Under the pieces are notes generated by a model, which saw nothing but the letters and a program-made list of their open reading frames with translations, was not told the DNA's origin and searched no databases. Both the position numbers and the translations under genes were made by a program. From the NCBI GenBank assembly GCA_951406725.2, contig OX597818.1, positions 79,050,001 through 79,114,000 on the forward strand: a stretch of 64,000 nt of DNA, in the 5' to 3' direction. Source of the stretch: Octopus vulgaris. Taxonomy: Eukaryota. Positions 41,634 through 58,024 of this stretch are shown here, in pieces. Numbering within the stretch: the stretch's first letter is position 1; each line of letters starts with the position of its first letter.

Positions 41634-44600
41634 TGTGTACAGTGCTCAGGTGCACTACAACTCATCTAAAGTGTATATATAATCAGGTGTAGTTTCGGCG
41701 TATTTCGGAAAGCATGAGGGCCTTAAAGGATGCAGTGTCATGGCAGTCAACAACTGACGCAGGCAGTTTATTCCATGCTTCAGCAACTCTGAGCGTGAAA
41801 AAATGTTTCCGAAAGTCATGGGAGCTGTGTTGTTTTCTGACTTTGTAGGCATGTCCATGTGTGTTAGACACATGGAGATCAAAAAGGTGTTCAGTGTTGT
41901 TGTTGGTGAGGTCGTTGATAACTTTGTGGGTGTTTACCAAGTCCGTCGCCAGACGCCGGAGCTTCAGTGAATCCATGCCCAGGGAAACAAGGCGCTCAGA
42001 ATATGGTAGGTGTCTGATGGAGGGTATGCGTTTGGTTGCACGTCTCTGGACAGATTCCAGGAGGTCAATGTTCTGAGCAAGATAGGGGTTCCAAACTGAT
42101 GATGCGAATTCCAAGTGTGGTCGTACCATAGATGTATACAGTTTTAAATAGATGGCTGGAGAGCGGCTAACAAAAGTTTTGCTGAGTGATGCCAAGACAC
42201 CCTCGGCCTTCTTGACAATTTTAGAGATATGCTTTGTCCAACGCAAATCACTGCTGACAGTGATGCCTAGGTCACGCTCGCAAGAGGATTTCTTGATATC
42301 AGTGTTGTGGAGGGAGTATGTGGACGCAGGGTTTTTTTCTCCCAAAATGCATGGTGGTACACTTGTCCACAGCCAGTTTCAGTTGCCAGTCTGTGATCCA
42401 TTGCTGCATTGTGTCTAGGTCTGATTGCAGGAAAGAGTTGTAGACATCAGTATCTGTCCTCTTGATTTCAAGGTACAGCTTGATGTCGTCTGCATATTTC
42501 AATACTGTGGCATTCTTTAAATTGGCATCTATGTCATTAATGTTTGCCACAAACGAGAGGGGACCAAGGACAGATCCCTGTGGTACACCCGATGACATCT
42601 CATATGGTGTAGAGTGCTGTCCTAGAACTGTGACTACCTCCTTTCGGCTGAGGATGAAGGATTTCAACCAGTTAAAAAGGTCATCCCTCACACCCATTGC
42701 AGAGAGTTTCACCATAAGCCTTTTGTGTGGCACAGAGTTGAAAGCCTTAGCAAAGTCAAGGTAGACAACATCCACCCATGAGCCACTGTCAGTGATCTGA
42801 GTATTGTCCTCAAGGAACTCGACAAGCTGATCACTGCAGCTGGAGTTAGGGACAAATCCATATTGTGAGGGTCGGATGAGACTGTGAGAGCTCCAGAAGT
42901 TCCAGAGTGTTTCTCTGACACACGATTCCATCAGTTTTGCAATACAGCTAGTGAGACTGACTGGGCGATAGTTGACAGGTAATGTGCGGTCGCCCTTTTT
43001 GAACAGAGGAATGACACTGGCAGTTTTCCAGTGCTCCGGAGTAGCACCATTGTTGAGACAGTACTGGAAGAAAATAGAAAGCTGGTGTAAAAGGAAGTAC
43101 TTGCCACGTTTGAGAAGCAGGTATGTAACTCCATCGAGACCAGGGGAGGCATAGTTGCGCTTATTTTGAAGGTGACGTCGCAGCATTGCAGGTGTAAATT
43201 CCATAGTTGTTATGGAATTTGCTGTTAGTGATGGTGAAGATGGTACATTTTGACTTTCAACAGTGAATATGTTTGCATAGCACTCGGCAATGAGTTCTGT
43301 GCATTTCTTGGGGTCGTCAGTGATCTGGTTTGTGTGAGGGTTGCGAAGAGGGCCCACTGGAGATGAGGTCTCTGCTTTGAATGCACATATTTCCAGAAAA
43401 CCTTGCTGTCAGGATTGGCTGCTATGCACTGTTCAAATTCAAGCACTGCTTTTTTTGTCACTTGCTTGAGATGGTTGGAAGATTTATTTCGCTTCTTCCT
43501 GTTGGTGTCTGATTTATGCAACTTGTATTCCCGTTCAGCAGTCCGACGTTCCTTCCTGGCAAGTCGGACCGCTGAAGTTTCCCAAATTGCCCTTTTGGGG
43601 CGGTTCTTCTTTTTCTGTTTACGTGGCACTGATGCTGCACATGCTGCCCATATTGAGTCCAGGATACTCTGGAGTATAGTATTCACATCTCCAGAGTTGT
43701 AGAATTCACGCCAGTTTGGGTGCTGTAGTTCAGTGTGGTACAGGTTCCAATCTGCTCTCTTCCAATCGAAGGAAGCAGATTGGAGATGGTTCAGGTTTTT
43801 GTTGCCAGCAAGAGCCAGATTGGCGATGATCATAGCATGACCAGAGTCACCTAGAGGTTCCTCCGTAGTGCAATTGATAACCGCTTCAGGAGTTGTGGTG
43901 AAGAGCAGGTCCAAGGTGTTGTCGCCTCTTGTTGGAGAGGTGACTACTTGTGACCAGTTTGAGTCCAGTACAAGCTCAACAAAATCGTTTGCACTCTGTG
44001 GCCAATGGAAGGTTTCCCAATTGATATCAGGATGATTGAAATCGCCTGCAATAAAAACATAAGTGGCTGTTTACCTGGCAGCAGCTCGGAGGATATTGCA
44101 AAGCTGTGTGTCCTGATGGTAATTTGGGGGACGATAAACAACGCCAAGCAGGAGTGTTGACATGGTCATACGTACGTCACAGAAAAAAACTTCTTGTGAT
44201 TCGTTCAAATCGGCACAAGGAATTACCGAAAAATTTGAACGAACGTAGACCATCACACCACCACCACGGCGGTTAATGCGGTCTTTACGGAAGAGGTTGT
44301 ACCCCGTAATGTTGAAAACCCCATCACAGAGTAAGGAATGCGCCCATGTTTCCGTGACAGTGATGAAGTCAGGGTCAATACTTCTGACGTAGGCGTTGAA
44401 CAAATGTATTTTGTTGCATAAACTGCGAGCATTTAAGGACAACAATTTGTACCCTGCTCGCAGTTTATGATGGTGTGTAGAGGATGGCAGGTTGTTCTGG
44501 CTTAGTTTCCCTGAGTTGCTGTAGTCTTTTTAGATTTATTTTCAGTGTTAGTTATTGTGCGTAGAGAGCACTCAGACCAGCTGGTATCTCTCTTCCACGT

Positions 44601-45775
44601 TTCAGCAGTCTTAACAAATCTCCAGATTTGTCCATCTTCCCGAAGACTGAAGCTTTCTTGTAGAGCTGAGTTCCTGTTCAGGGAAGCCGCTACACGTAGC
44701 TTCGTACGTACATCGGACGGTAAGCCTGGGCGTGTTCGGAAGGTGGTCCGATTTTCACGCCCAGCTTTAACTGAGGCCAGATGGTAAGAGGTTGCCTCAG
44801 CGTGGTCTGAAAAAGACAGCTTGATGAGCCTGGGTTTTGGGCCAGGTCGTCCCAGGCGGAGAGCACCCGTTGGGGGAACGCAGCCTAGGTCTTTGGCTGA
44901 GTTGGCAGCAAATGCCTGAAGATCAGCCATGTCTTCTGGAACCCCAATGGCAATAACTTCATGGGTAGCAGAATCCGCGGTCTTAGATGCGACAAGAGGT
45001 ACAGGTACAGGTACAGGGAGGTTCTTTAGCAGAGCATTCCGATAAGACCCCTCATTGTGGAGTCCAACCTGAATGCTTGCCTTTATTCCTGCTACTTCCC
45101 CTCTTAAAGCACAGATCGATTGTTGCAGTTCTGCAAGAACCGCACTGGTCAGTTGGTGTTGTTGTTGTTGTTGCTGTTGTTGCTGCTGCTGCTCTGGTTG
45201 TGGTTGATTTTGTTGTTGCTGCTGTTGTTGTTGATGTTGTTGTTGTTGCTGCTGCTGCTCTGGTTGTGGTTGATTTTGTTGTTGATGATGTTGTTGTTGT
45301 TGATGCTGTTGTTGCTGCTGCTGCTCTGGTTGTGGTTGATTTTGTTGTTGCTGCTGTTGTTGTTGTTGCTGCTGCTGCTCTAATTGTGGTTGATTTTGTT
45401 GTTGCTGCTGTTGCTGTTCCGCCTCCTCCACGGGAGTGGCAGGGGGAGACACAATCGTCGGTTGTGGAGGCACGCAGGCCTGACACTGAAAAGTCCAAGA
45501 TTTAAGCTGAACCATCTTCCAGAGTCTATCCATCATAGCATTATGTTGGCTCTTTTTTTGGCCTGGGATCTTCTGAAAGTCCGTGGCACATTGGAGGCAG
45601 ACAGAGATGAGACATGTCCCACATTCGACCCAGCGATTACGGAACGTATTTTCGGGTTCCGTACAGATGTGAGGTGTGATTTTCTGGGCAGTGTTCTATT
45701 TTGGAGCAGCGACCAGTCTTATCGCACTCCACTATGGATTCCACCATGGCGATTTTGTTGCTTCTGGTCATCCGT
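41578..45775 (-). mobile_element. Near-full-length CR1-type LINE, frameshifted, (ATT)n tail
   Basis: ORF1 44502-45536; APE (LNARSL, VTETW, RRGGGV, YRPP) 44071-44445; RT (YRPVSLTS, YLDFAKAF, GVPQGSVLGP, YADD) 42299-43357; C-terminus RPHLEFASSVWNP 41683-42345. Confidence 0.93.
44502..45695 (-). CDS. LINE ORF1 with PHD-like Cys cluster and poly-Q repeats
   Basis: The frame stays open upstream of the first Met: HIC...ECGTC...VCLQC...FQCQAC, then (Qn-NQPQPE) repeats, a coiled coil, and RLGRPGPKPRLIKL. Confidence 0.75.
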   Translation of the reverse strand, partial: NTAQKITPHICTEPENTFRNRWVECGTCLISVCLQCATDFQKIPGQKKSQHNAMMDRLWKMVQLKSWTFQCQACVPPQPTIVSPPATPVEEAEQQQQQQQNQPQLEQQQQQQQQQQQQNQPQPEQQQQQQHQQQQHHQQQNQPQPEQQQQQQQHQQQQQQQQNQPQPEQQQQQQQQQQQHQLTSAVLAELQQSICALRGEVAGIKASIQVGLHNEGSYRNALLKNLPVPVPVPLVASKTADSATHEVIAIGVPEDMADLQAFAANSAKDLGCVPPTGALRLGRPGPKPRLIKLSFSDHAEATSYHLASVKAGRENRTTFRTRPGLPSDVRTKLRVAASLNRNSALQESFSLREDGQIWRFVKTAETWKRDTSWSECSLRTITNTENKSKKTTATQGN

Positions 45776-46602
45776 AGAGACAGAAAATGTAAACAACAAT
45801 ACGATAAAAGTAAAATATTTGTTTTTGATACGTTCTTTTTTTGTGTATATTCCTTTTGTTCTTAAATATTGTGTGTGTATATACACATGTTTCGTTCTTT
45901 TTTGTGTATATTCCTTTTTTTCTTAAATATTGCGTGTGTATACATAAAAGGATTTGTGCGTATGTTTAGTGTAGACACGGAGAAAGTTTGTAAACGGAAA
46001 TGAAATCAGTGATTTTTTTGATTTTTTTGCAGTGTAGTCCGTCACATTAAATAGTGTGATTTATTTTCACTCTGCACGTATATATATGTGTGCTACAAAT
46101 ATCTATGTATGTATGTATGTCACTGCTTTATAAATTTTGGACGTACTTACTGTCGTTCAACGTTTTCTTTTACCCTCAACTACACGTGGTGAATTCTTCC
46201 ATTGTAGATCTGTGGTGGTCATCGTCGTAATATTTTCTCTTTAGTTTCTTCGCCAAATTGATTATACCCTAATCAAACCATTTGTTTGTCTACATTTAAA
46301 TGATACTACATGTTTTGAATGAGAAATAAAGGGGACCAATATGCTGAGGTGCATAGTCGACCAAAATATCGATGCAACTATCCTGTTGCACTGGATTATG
46401 TAAACTTTCTTTTGGACGTAAATAAACATATATTAAGCACTAAAAACTTCAGCACAAAGTCGGAACTTTTTATTTCTTGTATCATGAAATATTACGAAGC
46501 ACCATGCAAATACACGAACAACCACATAGTACATATATACATACATACATGCATACATACATACATACATACATACATACATACATACATACATACATAC
46601 AA

Positions 46603-46642
<40 letters not shown>

Positions 46643-47171
46643 ATATAATATAATATAATATAATATAATATAATATAATATATATATATATATATATATA
46701 TTTATGAGTTATCTCAAGTGAATACAACACACATTACATCCACACCTTTATAACTATCTAGCTAACTAGATGTATACATAAATACTTTTATAAGTAATTC
46801 AGAACAAATAAATGAATCAATCAATAAGATTCAAGAACTGTATATTGGTATAAGGTGATTGAGGTAGATCAACTGAATACATACTATGCTAATTTTTTCA
46901 TCTCTTTCAATATTTATGAAAAGAAACTCGTTGTATATTTCGCCGCTTCCCTCTATGCATCAAATATATAGGATGCTTTATGCGAAACATAAAATAAAAT
47001 ATGAGAAATTATTGCTTAAATTTTTTTTTGTTCTCGTGTCCCAGTATTGCCAAAATTTATTCATTGTCACATGTGTATATTGATATATTTTGCTATTTAA
47101 GTTTTACCTGTTATGTTTTTTTAAAATTATATATATAGACATATATAATACGTGTTGTCAATACATGTATT

Positions 47172-47227
<56 letters not shown>

Positions 47228-47748
47228 AACGCTAATTTTCACACACACACACAGAGTTTGCCATTTATTCCTTTGACATTCAATTTTTTGTTAATACTTT
47301 CTTTTACACCAACTATTCCGTGAAATGTATTTATTGTGAGGCAATGTATGTCTGTATGTGCATAGTGTTCGTCAGTATAAATCTTTATTTATATCATCTA
47401 ATATAATATAATCTATCTATTTATCTATCTATCTATCTATCTATCTCTCAACATATATATATATATCCATATATATATGTTTTTATATGTATATATATCT
47501 ATATCGATCTCTCTCTCTATATATATATATACACGCGCACACACACATATATCTACATATATATATGCACATATATATATATAAATATATATATCTACAT
47601 ATATATACATATATATAAATATATCTAGATTTTTATATATATATATATATCTACATATATATGTATATATATATACATATATTTACACAAATATACATAC
47701 ATATATATGTATATATACATATATTTACTTATATATATACGTATATGT

Positions 47749-47828
<80 letters not shown>

Positions 47829-47927
47829 GTACATATAATTACAAATATATATATATAACTGCATACATATATATATATATAACTGCATACATATATATAT
47901 ATATACATATACATATATATATATATA

Positions 47928-49197
<1,270 letters not shown>

Positions 49198-49214
49198 CTC
49201 CTCCTCCTCTCATA

Positions 49215-49275
<61 letters not shown>

Positions 49276-49531
49276 TATATAAATAAATCCTTAAATCCTT
49301 AAAAATGTGGCCATGCTGGGGCACCACCGCTGAATGAGCTACACTAGTATGTGAATCCCCCTCTGATACGTATACATATATATATATATGTGTGTGTGTG
49401 GTGTGTGTGTGTATATATATATGTGTGTGTATGGATATATATACGTGTGTTTATATGTATATATATATGTGTTTGAGTATATATATTATATATATATACA
49501 TACATTCATATATATATTTATATATACATAC

Positions 49532-49582
<51 letters not shown>

Positions 49583-49654
49583 CATACATATATATATATA
49601 TACATATATATACATATATATATATATATACACATACATACATTCATATATCTC

Positions 49655-49945
49655 TTTTTTCTCTTTTACTTGTTTCAGTCATTTGACTGCGGCCATGCTG
49701 GAGCACTGCCTTTAGTCGATCAAATCGACCCCGGAAATTTTTTTTTTAAAAATATTTTTATATATATATATATACATATATACGACAGGCTTCTTTCAGT
49801 TTCCGTCTACCAAATCCACTCACAAGGCATTGGTCGGCCCGGGGCTATAGCAGAAGACACTTGCCCAAGATGCCACGCAGTGGGACTGAACCCGCAACCA
49901 TGTGGTTGGTTAGCAAGCTACTTACCACACAGCCACTCCTGCGCC
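49655..49945 (-). mobile_element. SINE family A (others at 14160-14340, 56221-56700, 59029-59486)
   Basis: Homology to other copies. Confidence 0.85.
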
Positions 49946-50367
49946 TATATATATATATATATATTTATATACAAGCATTTTGGTTTACGCGATTATGTTG
50001 AAATATATATTTCACCATGCAAACGTCTCTATATTCGTCTATATTCAACCAATTTTGACATGGTTTCCATAAATCTATTTAAACCAGCATCGTTGATAAC
50101 TGTCCAAGATCATTTGGTTCTATAATCAATTATTTACAGAATATATTCTTATTCTATCGAGCGTCATGCAATACATATATACATTTTTAAAACTGATTTT
50201 ATTATTCTTTATTTATAGATTTCCACTCTGAATATTAAAAAATGTTGATTTCAATCAAATATTCGGATTTCTTTCAAATATTTTTCCATGATTTTTCAAA
50301 TGTTTTCTTGATGTTGTTTTTGATATACTCGTTGTTGTTATTTCGCTATTTTCATCTTTCACAAATA

Positions 50368-50432
<65 letters not shown>

Positions 50433-50493
50433 CATTAATATTATTTTTACTATTACTATTATTGTGGTTGTTGTTGTTGATCTTCTTCTTCTT

Positions 50494-50636
<143 letters not shown>

Positions 50637-51425
50637 CATCATTATTCATGTCATCATTATTGTGCCCGCATTGTTGCAGCGGTTTTTACTGGAGACAGTG
50701 AAATGGTTGGGCGGTACCGCTGAAGAGGCGGTTGTAATGTTTGTGATCATTCTTGTGTTAGTAATCTTGGCATGCAGGCTTTCTTTTCAATGAAAATAAC
50801 CACACATTTCAAGAATTTCAAGAGGTTAGGTCTATATTTAACATCCGATGCGATGGCGACATGATTGCTACCAGTCTCTTGACTTCCTTTTAAATTGTAT
50901 TTTCATACTTGCATTTTTAGTGAGAAATATTGACTTCCTGCAAAAATATTTGCTGATAAATGCAAATTTAAATTGTATTGAAATGTATTCGTGCATTTTA
51001 CATGCTCTGTTAATAAGCTGTTTGATTTCGTAGTCTCAGGGATTGTCATAAGAGTTAATATTAATTTCAACCACGATAGAATGATTGAATCCAGGAATGA
51101 TGGCAAACCAAGCTTCTAGTAATGGGCTCCATAGAGTCGTTCAAACCACTCTCCACAAAACTTCTAATTTTTTGCTTAAATTAGAAAGTACTTTATCATC
51201 TTTAGAGTATTACCTGTCATATGATGGTGGCTTTGTAAGTTCCCCTTATGAGCAATATCAGCGAATATGGCGTACATGCAAGCTTTATAATCTCAATACA
51301 TCATAAGTAAAAACATGAAAACAAAATTACTTTTCCTTTTGATTTTATATTATGTTAGTTCACACATAAACAAACGTATAGTCAACCTTCACTCTTATTT
51401 TCCCTTCTCCTCTCTCTATCTCCCC

Positions 51426-51480
<55 letters not shown>

Positions 51481-51536
51481 CTTGCAAATGGATGCGAGGC
51501 ATTCAATCATATAATAATATAAATAATACATATATA

Positions 51537-51596
<60 letters not shown>

Positions 51597-51604
<8 letters not shown>

Positions 51605-52067
51605 TTAAAATTACTAAGTCTCTCTAAAAGAGAACAACGGCAGCGTTCCCGGAAAATAATAGTTATCGCCATACTAATATGGCATTCTTATAAAAATAAG
51701 AATAAAGCTGTCCGCTTATTAGCTCCATGAGGCCATCGCCTTAAGTTAGCTATTTGATACACAAACTGTATCCATATAACCTTCGAACAAGGGAGGTCAG
51801 TCGCTCCACACTACTTGACCGGCAGCTACAGACGCGTTTCGGGGTATTGCCCCTTTTCAATGCAGCGTAGCCAGACCAGTAGGTGTCGCTTCTGACAATC
51901 TCTGTTCGAAGGTTTTATTTACCTAGCTTCGGTGGAATACATCCATTTGTTTTCAATAATAGAAATATTAAATTTACTAAGTCTCTCTAAAAGAGAACAA
52001 CGGCAGCGTTCCCGGAAAATAATAGTTATCGTCATACTAATATGGCATTCTTATAAAAATAAGAATA
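51597..52067 (-). mobile_element. Retrozyme-like element: 363-bp unit plus 108-bp terminal direct repeat, in (TA)n
   Basis: Repeats 51597-51704 and 51960-52067 (2 mismatches); internal hammerhead; no credible ORF. Confidence 0.85.
51825..51866 (-). ncRNA. Minimal type-I hammerhead, U3-A8 core
   Basis: gctgca TTGAAAA GGGG-caata-CCCC GAAA CGCG TC tgtagc. Confidence 0.88.
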
Positions 52068-52111
52068 TATATATAGGCATATATATATACATATATGTAC
52101 ATACTAACATA

Positions 52112-53224
<1,113 letters not shown>

Positions 53225-53264
53225 TATATATATAATATATATTTAAATCTCACTCTCTCTCTCT

Positions 53265-53299
<35 letters not shown>

Positions 53300-53427
53300 T
53301 TTCCTCTCCTCTTTCACCTTCTTTGTCTCAATAATTCTACTTCTTTCCTTGTTTGTGTATAGCGTTCCTATACTCATTGCCTGCCACCAAACCTTGTATG
53401 TGTACTCGCTCTTCTATTATTCGTCAA

Positions 53428-53459
<32 letters not shown>

Positions 53460-53747
53460 CGTTACTTCCTCTCATTCTCTCATTTACTATCTCTCATTCT
53501 CTGCATCCTTTGTAAAACATGTCTAAGAAAATCAGCCAAATAACCAACCATTATATACAAATTCATTTTTAATCATTAAATTTAATTTGTTTTACGTAAG
53601 AAACAGTTTCCTTCTAGAACGACATGGCCTTTCATTTCTCATTTTATTGATGTTTTTGCTTCGATCAGATTTAGAATATTACTTTCTTCTGAGCGAGCAT
53701 TAGAAAAAAGTCATATGATCTGATGCGAGCATTAGAAAAGTAGCTAT

Positions 53748-53783
<36 letters not shown>

Positions 53784-53823
53784 TTCCTCTCCTCTTTCAC
53801 CTTCTTTGTCTCAATAATTCATT

Positions 53824-54008
53824 AGTGTCGTTCCACTACAATTAATTGAACAATTAATTGAAGGTATAAATTGGTACTAAAATAATGTCCTTTTAAATTG
53901 TTCGATGTTTTGATGGGAATGCAAGGAATTTTCTCGCTGTTTATCACACACATTTTAGACATGGACTTCTTTTATAAGATTCACCATCGAATATCATTGT
54001 TATATATA

Positions 54009-54100
<92 letters not shown>

Positions 54101-54506
54101 AATACGTGTGTGTATGTGTGTGTGTGTGCATGCATTGAATTCGAATTTCTCTTAACGCTACGTATCAATCTATTCATATGCATTTAGCTAAAGCGCAAGG
54201 ATAGGCTTCAGAAAAAGTCATCTCATTTAACGAGAAAATAATAAAGAGAATGACAATACAAATAAATAGATATTATGTTTATCATTGCCTTGGGTTTACA
54301 TCAAGTAGAAAGTGGAAAAAAATTAATTAATCTGCAGTCCGGTATTGAATTCAGTGTCGTTCCACTATATTAATTGAACAATTAATAAGGTATAAATTGG
54401 TACTAAAATAATGTCCTTTAAATTGTTCGATGTTTTGATGGGAATGCATTTTCTCGCTGTTTATCACACACATTTTAGACATGGACTTACCCATCGAATA
54501 TCATTG

Positions 54507-54603
<97 letters not shown>

Positions 54604-54854
54604 ATGCGTGTGTGTATGTGTGTGTGTGTGCATGCATTGAATTCGAATTTCTCTTAACACTACGTATCAATCTATTCATATGCATTTAGCTAGCGCAAGG
54701 ATAGGCTTCAGAAAAAGTCATCTCATTTAACGAGAAAATAATAAAGAGAATGACAATACAAATAAATAGATATTATGTTTATCATTGCCTTGGGTTTACA
54801 TCAAGTAGAAAGTGGAAAAAAATTAATTAATCTGCAGTCCGGTATTGAATTCAG
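53824..54854. repeat. Tandem duplication, 2 copies of about 500-530 bp with an internal (TA)n
   Basis: agtgtcgttccacta...ctgcagtccggtattgaattcag occurs twice. Confidence 0.9.
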
Positions 54855-54979
54855 TTACAGATTTGGTTATATTAATGAAGAGAAAATACGAACATTTGAC
54901 ACAAGTTTATATATATGTATGTGTGTATATATGTATGTATGAAGGTATATATGTGTGTGTGTGTGTAGATATATATATT

Positions 54980-55056
<77 letters not shown>

Positions 55057-55066
55057 GTATGTATAT

Positions 55067-56105
55067 ATATCAACAATTGAGGGTAAAAATTAATTAGTTA
55101 TTAATCAATTTCACCAAGTAGTGTTCAGTATGTAAAAGGACCATTTAAGGCGAATTCAAAATATTACATTATATAATTAGGGCTTAGTAAAATAAATTAC
55201 TTTGCCACATACTGAACTTTCTAGAAATAGCAGCCAAAGAATTGTTTTAGCCATTTCCACTACTTTAAGAAAATTTCTCTCAGATAATGTTTACTCATAA
55301 ATAACTCACGAAGGTATGGAGGTAAAAACAAAAAAATATCACAAGTACAAAGATCATTTGAGAACGTTAACGTTTCTAGATTAGCCAAATAAACTCAGCA
55401 TTTCTTTCGTCAGCTCAACATTTCTTAATTTGGATTTGGAAGCACTAAAAGGAAGAACATACCCTTCGGCGACGTATCACCTCGTTATTAATCAATTTCA
55501 CCAAGTAGTGTATGTTCTTCCTTTTAGTGCTTCCAAATCCAAATTAAGAAATGTTGAGCTGACGAAAGAAATGCTGAGTTTATTTGGCTAATCTAGAAAC
55601 GTTAACGTTCTCAAATGATCTTTGTACTTGTGATATTTTTCTGTTTTTACCTCCATACCTTCGTGAGTTATTTATGAGTAAACATTATCTGAGAGAAATT
55701 TTCTTAAAGTAGTGGAAATGGCTAAAAAAATTCTTTGGCTGCTATTTCTAGAAAGTTCAGTATGTGGCAAAGTAATTTATTTTACTAAGCCCTAATTATA
55801 TAATGTAATATTTTGAATTCGCCTTCAATGGTCCTTTTACATACTGAACACTACTTGGTGAAATTGATTAATAACTAATTTATTTTTACCCTCAATTGTT
55901 GATATTATAATTCATTTCTCTCTGTTCTATTGCTTCGGTTCTCACCGTTAAAATATATGTTTACTAGATAACCCACGTGGGTGGAAGGGGAGAGAGCAGG
56001 AATCTTCGCTTGCACATTTTGAATTTGTTAGTACTGGCAGTCTGAGCGTGTTCATCTGAGGTGATACGTCGCCGAAGGGTATGTTCTTCCTTTTAGTGCT
56101 TCTAA
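55067..56105. mobile_element. Retrozyme/pLTR-like element: 569-bp unit plus 396-bp inverted copy, in (TA)n
   Basis: Arms 55067-55462 and 55510-55905; gtatgttcttccttttagtgcttc repeated at 55510 and 56079. Confidence 0.88.
55554..55614 (+). ncRNA. Type-I hammerhead with 8-nt palindromic stem III (mirror copy 55358-55418 on minus)
   Basis: ttgag CTGACGA A AGA..GCTGA-gtttat-TTGGC..TCT A GAAA CGTTAACG TT ctcaa. Confidence 0.82.
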
Positions 56106-56352
56106 ATATATATATATAAATCGATCCAGAAAGAGATCCTCAGACACACAAACACATACACACACACACCTACACACACACAAACACACACACCCACACA
56201 AATACACACACACATACATATGGCCAGTGGAATTGGTGTGTGGTAAGAATTATGCTTCGCAATCACATGGTTCCGGGTTCAACTCCATTGCGGACCAGTC
56301 AAAGCCTTATCAATTGATTTGGTACAGGGAAACGAAACTGAAAGAGGAACGT

Positions 56353-56399
<47 letters not shown>

Positions 56400-56428
56400 C
56401 AATAATAAATCTCTGAGCGAGATATGAT

Positions 56429-56474
<46 letters not shown>

Positions 56475-56937
56475 GCCTCTGTGTGCGTGTGTGTGTGTGT
56501 GTGTGTATGTATCTGTGTGTGAGTGTGTTTGTCTGTCTCTATGTCCTTACCTCCACCCCGCCATTGCTGGACAACTGGTGCAGGTATTTTTATGTCTCCA
56601 TAACTTAGACGTTCGGAGAAAGATCCGATAAAATAATTAATTTAGAGCTTAAGACAAAAGATAAGTATTAGGGTAGATGTATTCGAATGAAAATTCTTTA
56701 ATGAATCTGTCCAGTGTTTCTCCCTGTCGGATTCAATGTTGTAGACAGTGTTATAGCTAAAGAAATTTTATAAAATCTGCCCAGAATTACCTCTCATCGG
56801 TAAATCCCATTGATAACAGCTAAAAAGCTAGAAACACTGCGTCAGGGAATCCGAAAGGGGATAGCAACGGGCAGCTATGGCATGGTGTTTTTACACCTTT
56901 ACCATAAGAGAGAATATGTGTGTGTGTGTGTGTGTGT

Positions 56938-56981
<44 letters not shown>

Positions 56982-57347
56982 TGTGCGTGTGTATGCTGTT
57001 CTGACTAGTTGTATGTAGGTATCAAGAAGAACTGCCAAGGAAATCTCAGTATATCTAGTGGGATATTTTTGTACACCAATCACTCGAAGTGAGACAGCCT
57101 GCACTGATGCACAATTACCAATGGGACAGATGCAGGGTGTGTCGAAACGATCGTCGTGCTGAATAAAGATTCGTACTAAACCCATCTTCCGTTTCCTTTA
57201 TCAACTATAAAGTCAACAACACCGGGGCTTTTCCGACATAGATCCACTGCAAATTATACCGTAATTATGGATGGTGTCAGGTAGCCCAAACGGTTTTAAG
57301 TGCTTGAATTGATATACTAATAGACATTAACCCAATGTCCAAATTTA

Positions 57348-57426
<79 letters not shown>

Positions 57427-57883
57427 TACATACATACAGATACATACATACATATATGTATGTATGTATGTGCGCGTGTGTGTGTATTTGTGTGTGCAGT
57501 AAGAAAGAAAGATAACGATTGTGAAATATAATTTATTTCCTGACAAATATAATTTATTTCTCTTGTAATAGCTCTAGATTCGAAGTTCTACCGGAAAACC
57601 TGTGTCTAAAACACAGGAAAATATAAATGTTGTAAGCATGAGGAGTAATTTTGAAGTTATATATTATTTCATTTATATGCAAACGTTGTAGTAGTAGTTT
57701 TAGATTAAAAGTCAAAATAATGTCTATTGTAAAATTGCTTATGTATGTAATTTTTGGGTTGATCTTTGTCAAAATTTCAATGGCGTATTGTTTCTTAGTA
57801 CAATATATTCACAGTCAATATATATTTTCTAATCGCACACACACACACACTAATATATGTATATGTATATACATATGTATATT

Positions 57884-58024
<141 letters not shown>

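Noticed and set aside
50650-51306. Possible host exons
   Set aside because: Short frames with no domain evidence.
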